Shown here: one piece after another, positions 8,052-16,835 of the stretch
Position numbering within the stretch: the stretch's first letter is position 1
Layout: every line of letters begins with the position of its first letter
Source of the DNA: Bdellovibrionia bacterium
GTDB lineage: Bacteria > Bdellovibrionota > UBA1018
Reading direction: 5' to 3'
DNA length: 22,736 nucleotides
NCBI GenBank assembly: GCA_045805065.1
Contig: JBJMMA010000108.1
Span: forward strand, 1-22,736
Notes under the pieces: model-generated
Database searches by the model: none
The model's input: the letters and a program-made list of their open reading frames with translations, nothing else
What the model was told of the DNA's origin: nothing
Position numbers and translations under genes: made by a program

Positions 8052-8915
8052 ATGAGTCATCTTGAGTCTCAGCTTCTGGAGCAACTTTCGGCAGGTCCAC
8101 TTAGCGGCGGGCGGTATACTTTCCAATCCCAAGTTCTGGGAAAGGAATACACTTACTGTCAGCTCAAGCCCCCGGAGCAACCCTCCGAAACCTTGTACCT
8201 CTTTCATGGCGGAAACGCCGATGATCGACAGTTCTACGAAACAGGCTTATTAGGACTGATTCAGGGCGAGCTGGGTGAGCTTTTCCGCAAGCGCAGGATT
8301 CAGGTTGTTTTGCCTTTTATCGGCAAAAGTTTTTTGCATCAGCATCCACTTGAGAAGCAGCGCTCGTACTCGAACTGCTTTTTCGACGAGCTGGTTCCGG
8401 TTGTCGAGGCAAACACTCGCACGGCTCCATCCACGCGTTGGGTTGGGGGACTCTCCATGGGGGGGCAAGCTGCGTTGAATGTTTTCATGCGCAAGCCGGG
8501 TTTCTTTCAGGGAGTAGCAGTCCATTTTCCGACCCTGGTTTGCTTTGATTACACCCAGGCCGATGAAGTCGCCGCCTTCTCCAAGCGTTGCTCAGTCACG
8601 GATCCTTATCTGAAGATCCTGGTGGATGAGTTTCAAAACGAGTTCGTTGATCGGCAGGATTATCTATCGCACGATCCGATCGCGCTCTTCAGAAAAATGA
8701 GCGCGGAGGAGCGAAGTGTTCTTGCGAAAAAGCACATCTATTTTGATGTCGGAGGCCTGGATGAGTTCGGCCTTTTTGAAGGCTGTGAAGCGTTCCATCG
8801 GGAGCTGCAGAACGAGGGAATCGCGCACCGTTTTGAGAGTCTCCCTGACGGCAAGCACGATGGCCCGTTCGTGTTTCAGCAATTTCCGAAGCTCTTGAGC
8901 TATCTCTTTTCGTAA
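8052..8915 (+). CDS. Cytoplasmic alpha/beta-hydrolase (putative esterase, Fes/FrmB-like family)
   Basis: LYLFHGG, GGLSMGG (GxSxG), YFDVGGLDEF (acid) and PDGKHD (His). AAGGAG RBS and no signal peptide. Confidence 0.85.
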   Translation: MSHLESQLLEQLSAGPLSGGRYTFQSQVLGKEYTYCQLKPPEQPSETLYLFHGGNADDRQFYETGLLGLIQGELGELFRKRRIQVVLPFIGKSFLHQHPLEKQRSYSNCFFDELVPVVEANTRTAPSTRWVGGLSMGGQAALNVFMRKPGFFQGVAVHFPTLVCFDYTQADEVAAFSKRCSVTDPYLKILVDEFQNEFVDRQDYLSHDPIALFRKMSAEERSVLAKKHIYFDVGGLDEFGLFEGCEAFHRELQNEGIAHRFESLPDGKHDGPFVFQQFPKLLSYLFS

Positions 8916-8949
8916 GAGAGCCCAATCCAAAACCCAATTCTAAAGAGGA

Positions 8950-9855
8950 TCAGAGATCAAACATCTTTTTGATTTTTCTTCTGAGGACCATCGCTTCAGC
9001 CGCTTGCTTGAGTCTGACAGAAAGTGGAAACGCAAGGGACTGTAGATTGATGTCCCATCCCGGCACAAGCTCGCCGTACTCGACGAATCTTAGGACAGAA
9101 GGAACAATGATTGCCGAAAGAAGATCCGAAGTGCACCCCAGCTGAGAGGCTGACATATCGGGATTATGAAGCAGGTCCCAGAGATGCTTCACGCAATGAG
9201 GGGGCACGATGCTTATCGGGACAAGCGTGAACAATGCCTTGATCGGATTACTGGTTTGAGACGCTGCCTTGGCCTTGCCGTCCAGAACTTCCAGGTTTGG
9301 ATTTCTGTAATCATAGCTGCGACCCCATTGGCAGAAGCCGACATCCAGCGCGGCAAGCGTTGGTTTTCTGAAACGCTTGGCCTGCTCGTGCATGACGATT
9401 TTCATGGCAATCCCGGAATTGGTCGTCACATCTACGCCATCCATGATCAGGTCTGCCCACTGAACGAGCTCCTTTGCGTTCTCTCTTGTGATGCCTTCAG
9501 GGTGGACGATGACTTCGGAGAAAGGATTGATTTTAAGGACTTGCTCGCCGTGAAAAACAGCTTTGTTTTTTCCCAGCTCATCCAGATTCGCATGCTGGCG
9601 ATTGAGATTATTGAGCTCGTAGCTTCCATTATCCGTCAGTGCAAAGTGCTCAACCCCAAAGCGGGCCAGAGACTCAATGCATGCCCCGCCTGTTGATCCG
9701 CAACCTGCGACCAGGATCTTGAAACTTCTCAATTTTTTCTGTGCCGCCGGAGTGATGAAGGCCTGATTTCTACGAGTCAGTTCGGCGTAGTAAGTGTCAT
9801 GGTCTTTCGGGACTTCAGAGGAAGCAATTGCCTGTGCAGTGGCTTCGTTCAACAT
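8950..9855 (-). CDS. ThiF/MoeB/TcdA (E1-like) family adenylyltransferase
   Basis: ILVAGCGSTGG nucleotide-binding loop, D..SYELNNLNRQ, GKNKA and DLIMDGVD. No CxxC zinc motifs. AGGAG RBS. Confidence 0.88.
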   Translation of the reverse strand: MLNEATAQAIASSEVPKDHDTYYAELTRRNQAFITPAAQKKLRSFKILVAGCGSTGGACIESLARFGVEHFALTDNGSYELNNLNRQHANLDELGKNKAVFHGEQVLKINPFSEVIVHPEGITRENAKELVQWADLIMDGVDVTTNSGIAMKIVMHEQAKRFRKPTLAALDVGFCQWGRSYDYRNPNLEVLDGKAKAASQTSNPIKALFTLVPISIVPPHCVKHLWDLLHNPDMSASQLGCTSDLLSAIIVPSVLRFVEYGELVPGWDINLQSLAFPLSVRLKQAAEAMVLRRKIKKMFDL

Positions 9856-9914
9856 GGAATCTCCTGCGGCGTAGCCTAAGCGCCATTTTATACGAATTAA
9901 ACTTGTTACTATAT

Positions 9915-9941
9915 TGATCGGAATACTTTGGAAAAACGTGA
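9915..9941 (-). promoter_or_regulatory. Putative sigma28-like promoter for the ThiF gene
   Basis: The minus strand reads TCACG-N14-TCCGATCA, about 60 nt upstream of the ThiF ATG. Confidence 0.4.
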
Positions 9942-10032
9942 GTCACATATTGTTAATAAAAATTAGCCATCCGTGAGAATTATTGGTGAATTTTGCCCCC
10001 AATTCTATGACGCGACGTATAAAATAGAGCTA

Positions 10033-10059
10033 TTAAGATTAGAATAGATAGTCCGATTT
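10033..10059 (+). promoter_or_regulatory. Putative sigma28-like promoter for the acyltransferase gene
   Basis: TTAAG-N14-TCCGATTT, followed by an AAGGAG RBS and the ATG at 10080. Confidence 0.45.
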
Positions 10060-10079
10060 GAATAAAAAGGAGAATCTCA

Positions 10080-10850
10080 ATGATCCAAAGTCTCATTCCT
10101 AAGATTCAGATCGTCGTCCTGAGTAACCCAATCTCAACTTGGGATGATCCCATGACTCGAGATCTTTTTTATCAGTTGGTTTCACTCAAGCTCAAAGGCT
10201 ACGGCCGGGCATACCCCGATGGCGTCATCGCCGTCGATACTGTCGACTTCATTGCAGATCATTTGCTGCTTTGTGAGCAACGCCGTGACGGCGGTTTGCG
10301 GGTTCTGATGGGATACAAAAGCGTCTTGCACAGTCGTTGCGAACATTATCATCTTCCTTTTCCGGCAATGCCGCTGTTGAAGAGCTCAAAGGCGGATCAA
10401 TACATTCCAAAAATTGAAAAAATCCTTGAGGACGCCAAGAGCAAGGGAGAGGAGTTTGCTTACAGCTCGTCTTGGACCATTGATGAGCATGCGCAGAAAA
10501 ATCGCGAGCTCAATCGCTACCTGAGAAAGCTCTTCACGACGATGATCATTGGTTATCATCGTGACTACAATATCCCGCAGTGGATGACGTGCGGAGTAGT
10601 CCGCTTCAAAACGGATGAATACTTTGATTTCCTGGGAGGAAAAGCGCTCACGGACGCATTTTCCCAATACAGCCTGGAAGGCGAGCCTGTACGCATGTTC
10701 CATATTTCAAAACATTCTGAACAAGCGCTGGCCTCAGCCGCGGAGAACGAGCAAGTCTGGAAAGACCGTCTGTATCTTGCTCCTCAAACCGCAGCAGCTC
10801 GGGCGGAAGAAAGCCTTGCCGCTGTCGCGAGTATCAAGAAAGCCGCGTAA
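10080..10850 (+). CDS. Divergent GNAT-fold acyltransferase, LuxI / N-acyl-amino-acid-synthase (FeeM)-like
   Basis: Strong RBS. Motif order resembles LuxI/FeeM: LKLKGY...Y, VDTVDFIADH (DxxD), VLMGYKSV, AYSSSWTID (at the E-x-S-R-F strand position) and YFDFLGGK. The CDS is certain, but the family call is moderate confidence. Confidence 0.6.
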   Translation: MIQSLIPKIQIVVLSNPISTWDDPMTRDLFYQLVSLKLKGYGRAYPDGVIAVDTVDFIADHLLLCEQRRDGGLRVLMGYKSVLHSRCEHYHLPFPAMPLLKSSKADQYIPKIEKILEDAKSKGEEFAYSSSWTIDEHAQKNRELNRYLRKLFTTMIIGYHRDYNIPQWMTCGVVRFKTDEYFDFLGGKALTDAFSQYSLEGEPVRMFHISKHSEQALASAAENEQVWKDRLYLAPQTAAARAEESLAAVASIKKAA

Positions 10851-11816
10851 TCACGACAGAGTTGCGGCTTTGTTCTTTTCGGTTCGGGCTAGCTGATGAG
10901 CAGCTAGCTCGAAATCGATTTCCTGAACGCAGCAGCTGTCACCGAGATGGACGCAGCTTGTTTCGCGAACATTTGCGAATGGAAGTCCGAGATAGCCTGG
11001 CACGCTTGCCGAGACGCCGAGCTTGGTTTGGCAAACCAGATGGCTTCCTGGATTTCTGACACCCAAAAGCACGGCAACGTCATTGTTTGGCGTACTCTCA
11101 ATGCGGCAAGACGTCGATGTCATGTTCGTAATGCGATAGTTGTAGTTCTGCTCCCAGTGCTTGACGACCATTTCTTCGACGTAGAACTGATAGAGCTCTT
11201 GAAGGCTATTCATCTGGGACATGAACTTTGCAAACGGCGAGTTCATATTGCTGATCACGGAGTAGGCACCCATGTGATAGAACAGGTGAGAGCCGCTGTA
11301 GTTCTTGTTGATGTACTCGCAAAGATCCGTGTTGAACCTCAGATTGATCAAATCATCTGGATTCGAAAAGGTAGCTTCGGTCACTTGCAGGTGGCGCATG
11401 ACCATCGCGCGAGCGCGCCAGCCTAAGAATTCTTCCGTCGCATTTAAAAGATTTAAAGAAGAGCGCTGACGACTGCGAGCGCCGACTTGATAACGCGCAG
11501 GAAGTAGGTGGACGTTGCCGCTCTGTCGAGCCGCGACGATGCAATAATCAATCTGATTGTTCATGATGCCGTCGAGGGTCAGCTGCAGGTGATCTGCGAC
11601 GCGAGCCAGAGCGATGATGGAAACGGATTTCCGATTTCGACGGATGTCGGAGTAATCATCCGCTGAGACATCCAGGATCTGAGCCCATTGATGTTCATCC
11701 ATGCTCAAAGTGACGCGAAGACGCTCAAGTTGCTCTGAAAGGATCAAAGCTTTCTTTGAGGTGAGTGGTGAAGCCAATTGGGTCACATTAGATGAGGGAT
11801 GGGAATGGAAGCTCAT
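10851..11816 (-). CDS. XRE-like HTH regulator with V4R-like domain, paralog of 7118-7996
   Basis: Degenerate HTH LERLRVTLSMDEHQWAQILDVSADDYSDIRRNR. Shared blocks DLINLRFNTDL, WEQNYNYRI and VCQ...ETSCVHLGDSCCVQEI. Start moved to ATG 11816 (GAGAG upstream). Confidence 0.78.
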   Translation of the reverse strand: MSFHSHPSSNVTQLASPLTSKKALILSEQLERLRVTLSMDEHQWAQILDVSADDYSDIRRNRKSVSIIALARVADHLQLTLDGIMNNQIDYCIVAARQSGNVHLLPARYQVGARSRQRSSLNLLNATEEFLGWRARAMVMRHLQVTEATFSNPDDLINLRFNTDLCEYINKNYSGSHLFYHMGAYSVISNMNSPFAKFMSQMNSLQELYQFYVEEMVVKHWEQNYNYRITNMTSTSCRIESTPNNDVAVLLGVRNPGSHLVCQTKLGVSASVPGYLGLPFANVRETSCVHLGDSCCVQEIDFELAAHQLARTEKNKAATLS

Positions 11817-11936
11817 TCGTATGGTTCTCTCAGTCAGGAATTCCGAGCGAGGTATACTCGGACAAAGCTGAATACTCAACGAAAACTGCCAAATAGAGTC
11901 TAAGCACAAGCGGCCAGCAAAGCTAATGAATTCAAT

Positions 11937-12365
11937 CTAATCGCTTGTGACGTCGTTTGAAAGTTCTTGGTGATTGAGATGCGTTGAATCAACTGGGAAA
12001 TTTTCAGCCAGAGCTTTGCCAATTTTTGCAACGGCCATGGCTATGGCGTTCTCATGATGAGTGCCACGAAGGTCCTGGCTCAGTTCGCGGGCGATGCGCT
12101 CCCAATACCGTTGGCCAACGCTCTGGTGAATTCCCTCATCCCCGTAAATGGCAAACTTGCGACGGCGAAGGTTGACGTAGAGAAGGACGGCATTTTTGAG
12201 AGTCGTGCGCCCCATTCCCAGGCGATCGAAAACCTTTTGAGCTCGGCGATAGGGGTCGCGCTCAAACCATCGTTTGGAGACGTGAACACGGATCTCACCC
12301 GTCGTATGGGTTTCCGCATCGGCAATGGCTTCAACGATTTTTGAGAATTTCTTACCATCCTGCAC
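11937..12365 (-). CDS. TPM-domain protein (short, soluble type)
   Basis: IVEAIADAETHTTGEIRVHV, LGMGRTTLKNAVLLYV, FAIYGDEGIH and ELSND. The GTG at 12365 follows GGAGGAGG; the longer ORF-track N-terminus is a shadow of the upstream gene's Gly-rich tail. Confidence 0.85.
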   Translation of the reverse strand: MQDGKKFSKIVEAIADAETHTTGEIRVHVSKRWFERDPYRRAQKVFDRLGMGRTTLKNAVLLYVNLRRRKFAIYGDEGIHQSVGQRYWERIARELSQDLRGTHHENAIAMAVAKIGKALAENFPVDSTHLNHQELSNDVTSD

Positions 12366-13221
12366 TGGCGCCCCCTCCTCCGGATCGGCCACCGCCGCCT
12401 GAAAAGCCGCCATCACCGCCGCCGCTTCCCCAGCCACCGCCACCACCGCCCCAGCCTCCGAAAAATCCGCCGCCACCGGAGCGTGGTCCGCCATCATCAT
12501 CCCACCAACGACGACGCCAAGGGCGCGGGCGATACCAGCCTGCACGCGTGAACGTGGCTTCGGCTGAGCTGATGGTGTGTGAAACAATGACCATGAGAAC
12601 TAAACCCAGGAAAAGCCAGACTGCCCAGCCGCCTTTCATAGGTTCAGCGGAGTTGATGTTTTTCCGAAGCATCCCACCCGAGCGAAGAATTTGCTGGGCA
12701 CGACCGTTTTGAACGAGTGGGCTATCAATGGTTTGCAGGATCTGGAGCGCAGATTGGGTGACGGCTTCGGCAGGCTGGCCAGCCTTCATTCCTGGAATGA
12801 GGTAATCCCTGAGAATGCGTGAGGATTTAACATCGGTTAAGAGTGGTTCAAGTCCATAACCCACTTCGATCCTGGCCTTGTGATCCTGATTAAAGATCGC
12901 AAGCAGGACGCCGTTGTCTTTTTCGCGCTGACCGATTTCCCATTTCTGGAAAACGCGGTTGGTAAAATCGTTCAGATCCTCGCCTTCGAGACTATTGAAG
13001 ATCGCGACAACGATTTGCTCGCCGGTGGTTCGGTCATGCTCGATCAGCAAGGCCTGAAGGGCGCGCGTTGCCTGCTGATCTAAAAGGTGCGGCTCATCCA
13101 GAACGTAATAGGTGGGGGGTGGGGGAATCTGCTTGTTAGGCGCTGCTGCATGCCCTGCCGTCACGCCCGTGATAGCAAAGCAGAGAGCTACGCCTATTCC
13201 CCTTAAACCCCTCAAAGTCAT
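12352..13221 (-). CDS. TPM-domain membrane protein (YgcG-like) with Gly-rich tail
   Basis: Signal peptide, WEIGQREKDNGVLL, RIEVGYGLEPLLTD, one TM helix and a C-terminal GGFSGGGGRSGGGGASAGW. Confidence 0.92.
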   Translation of the reverse strand: MTLRGLRGIGVALCFAITGVTAGHAAAPNKQIPPPPTYYVLDEPHLLDQQATRALQALLIEHDRTTGEQIVVAIFNSLEGEDLNDFTNRVFQKWEIGQREKDNGVLLAIFNQDHKARIEVGYGLEPLLTDVKSSRILRDYLIPGMKAGQPAEAVTQSALQILQTIDSPLVQNGRAQQILRSGGMLRKNINSAEPMKGGWAVWLFLGLVLMVIVSHTISSAEATFTRAGWYRPRPWRRRWWDDDGGPRSGGGGFFGGWGGGGGGWGSGGGDGGFSGGGGRSGGGGASAGW

Positions 13222-13799
13222 TAGAACTCAACTTTCGGCGCCGTATCTGCCCCAGTCTTTGCCTGGAAGTATGCTCTTGGCTGAAAGTTCCGGAAGGATG
13301 CCACGATCGACTGAGGAAATTTGCGGATATAGATGTTGTACTCGCGGGCAGCCTCATTAAAGCGTTGGCGCTCGATGGTAATCCGGTTTTCCTGGCCTTC
13401 AATCTGGCTTTGGAGATCCTGGAAATTGCGATCGGCCTTAAGCTGCGGATAGTTCTCAGCAACAACGAGTAAGCGAGAAAGGGCGCTTGTCAGCTGGCCT
13501 TGAGCCTGGTCGTATTTTTGTAGGTCCGCGGCATTATTGACTTTAATTTGGCCGACCTGCGCACGGGCGCGGGCCACTTCATCAAAGATGCCTGACTCGT
13601 GCTTGGCGTACCCTTTGACCGTGTTGACCAGGTTTGGAATCTTATCGGCGCGTTGTTGATAAACGTTCTCGACCTGAGACCACTTTTCGTTGACCCCTTC
13701 GTTTAGGCTAATCAGCGTGTTGTTGGTTGAGACAAACCAGCCCAAAATCAGAACGAAAAGCCCAGCAATAACTGCTAAAGGTAACCATTTAGAATTCAT
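13221..13799 (-). CDS. lemA: LemA family protein
   Basis: N-terminal TM, WSQVENVYQQRADKIPNLVNTVKGYAKHE, ENYPQLKA and ENRITIERQRFN. Start moved to ATG 13799. Confidence 0.93.
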   Translation of the reverse strand: MNSKWLPLAVIAGLFVLILGWFVSTNNTLISLNEGVNEKWSQVENVYQQRADKIPNLVNTVKGYAKHESGIFDEVARARAQVGQIKVNNAADLQKYDQAQGQLTSALSRLLVVAENYPQLKADRNFQDLQSQIEGQENRITIERQRFNEAAREYNIYIRKFPQSIVASFRNFQPRAYFQAKTGADTAPKVEF

Positions 13800-13856
13800 G
13801 AATTCATACTCGGGTTGTAGACCGGCTATGTCAACGGATAACTGGCGATTTTCAGG

Positions 13857-13885
13857 TTGATTTCGGCCTCTGGCCTCGATAGAAC
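13857..13885 (+). promoter_or_regulatory. Putative sigma70 promoter of the rpsB-tsf operon
   Basis: TTGATT(13857-62)-N17-TAGAAC(13880-85), followed by a GC-rich discriminator CGCAGCC just before the leader RNA. Confidence 0.5.
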
Positions 13886-13896
13886 CGCAGCCAATA

Positions 13897-14062
13897 CACA
13901 CACCTCAATCCGTTGGGGTTAGGTACTCCCTAATCTCACGTGTCACGTGGTGCTGAGCGTAAGACGTTCTAGTCTTTCGCTTGGTTTTTGAGGTGGAGGG
14001 AAGTGATCCTGAAGTTCGGAAGGGTTCCGGACGGAAGATTGTAAGATCACTTCAGTAACCGC
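13897..14062 (+). ncRNA. rpsB leader (t44 / S2 autoregulatory element)-like cis-regulatory RNA
   Basis: CACACAC start, CACCTCAA(13901-08) pairing with TTGAGGTG(13988-95) followed by GAGG, internal GGGGTTA(13915-21) and downstream TAACC(14056-60). These are the landmarks recalled from the E. coli rpsB leader. Confidence 0.65.
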
Positions 14063-14154
14063 GGTCTTTGCGACGACCCGAAGCTTTTTTGAAGTCTTTC
14101 ATGTCTCCGCATTCCGCTTTTGGCCTCTCGGCCTGTTTTTAAGGAGTCCTTTTA

Positions 14155-15006
14155 ATGCCTTCTATTACGATGCGTGAATTGCTCGAATCTGGTGTTCACT
14201 TCGGCCATCAAACCCGCCGTTGGAACCCAAAAATGAAGCCTTATGTCTTCGGTGCCCGTAACGGCATCTACATCATCGACCTCCAAAAGACGGTTGATTC
14301 CACCCGCGCTGCTTGCATGTTCGCATCCAAGGTCACCGCTGAAGGCAAGAAGGTTCTTTTCGTCGGAACCAAGAAGCAAGCTAAAGAAGTCGTCGAAGAA
14401 GAAGCAAAGCGCGCTGGCATGTACTATGTCACCAACCGCTGGCTCGGCGGCATGCTCACCAACTATCAAACCGTCAAGGCATCGATCGATCGCTTGAAGA
14501 AGATCGAAGCTCTTAAGAACTCTCCTGATTGGAACGATGTTCCTAAGAAAGAACAATCCCGCTACGACCGCGAGCTCGATAAGCTCCAGAAGTCCCTCGG
14601 CGGCATTCAAGACATGAAGAAACTTCCAGGCGCGATCTTCGTGATCGACACCGAGAAGGAACACATTGCTGTTAAGGAAGCCAAGAAGCTTGGCATCCCA
14701 TCGATCGCTGTCGTCGACACGAACTGCGATCCAGGCAACATCGACTACGTCATCCCAGGTAACGACGACGCGATCCGCTCGATCCGTCTCTTCGCTCGCT
14801 TGATCGCTGACAGCTGCTTGGAAGGCGCAAAGACTTTCCAAGAAAAGCTCCGCGCTCAAGACATTGCTGAAGGCCGCGAAGAAGAAACCGAGAAGAAGGT
14901 TTCCCGTTTCGAAGGTGACATCGACCTCCAAGGCATCGACGAAGCTGACCTTGAAGCTCAAGAGCAGACCGAAGAAGGCACTCCTGAAGAGAAGCCTGCT
15001 ACCTAA
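14155..15006 (+). CDS. rpsB: 30S ribosomal protein S2 (uS2), acidic C-terminal extension
   Basis: [38 protein letters not shown] and [10 protein letters not shown]. Confidence 0.99.
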   Translation: MPSITMRELLESGVHFGHQTRRWNPKMKPYVFGARNGIYIIDLQKTVDSTRAACMFASKVTAEGKKVLFVGTKKQAKEVVEEEAKRAGMYYVTNRWLGGMLTNYQTVKASIDRLKKIEALKNSPDWNDVPKKEQSRYDRELDKLQKSLGGIQDMKKLPGAIFVIDTEKEHIAVKEAKKLGIPSIAVVDTNCDPGNIDYVIPGNDDAIRSIRLFARLIADSCLEGAKTFQEKLRAQDIAEGREEETEKKVSRFEGDIDLQGIDEADLEAQEQTEEGTPEEKPAT

Positions 15007-15013
15007 TGGACGT

Positions 15014-15030
15014 GGCGGGCTTTGCCCGCC
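15014..15030 (+). terminator. GC hairpin between rpsB and tsf (attenuator/processing-like)
   Basis: Perfect 7-bp stem GGCGGGC-TTT-GCCCGCC with only a weak U-tract. Confidence 0.45.
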
Positions 15031-15071
15031 TCGACTTTCATTCGTCGAACTTTTAATTTCGGAGATTAAAA

Positions 15072-16734
<1,663 letters not shown>

Positions 16735-16738
16735 TCGG

Positions 16739-16793
16739 GGCGGCTCTGCCGCTACGCCAGTAATGAGGCGGCCTAGCCGCTACGCTAGTAATG
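16739..16793. repeat. Tandem pair of 27-nt palindromic repeats (REP-like)
   Basis: GGCGGC-TCT-GCCGCTACGCCAGTAATG (16739-65) and GGCGGC-CTA-GCCGCTACGCTAGTAATG (16767-93), 23/27 identical. Confidence 0.75.
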
Positions 16794-16835
16794 CAGTTTA
16801 ATCTCCGCCGTAAAAAATTCTAAGGAGACATTAAA

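Noticed and set aside
9856..10079. Possible RiPP (microcin C-like) precursor for the ThiF enzyme, e.g. minus-strand MANFY* at 9970-9953
   Set aside because: No RBS, no C-terminal Asn, and the ThiF protein lacks an obvious N-terminal peptide-binding extension; nothing supports translation.
12366..12587. Ala/Val-rich N-terminal extension of the 216-aa TPM ORF
   Set aside because: Alternative-frame reading of the upstream gene's tail; a GTG with a strong SD at 12365 gives the normal family length.
12341..12712. Pro-rich 123-aa plus-strand ORF and GC-rich low-complexity repeats
   Set aside because: Reverse complement of the Gly-rich tail of the TPM protein.
13792..13834. TTGACA on the minus strand upstream of lemA and the ATGAATTC tandem duplication at its start
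   Set aside because: No -10 element at 16-18 nt spacing, and the 8-nt duplication is too short to interpret.
16739..16793. CRISPR mini-array interpretation of the tandem repeat
   Set aside because: Only two units separated by 1 nt, with no spacer and no cas genes.
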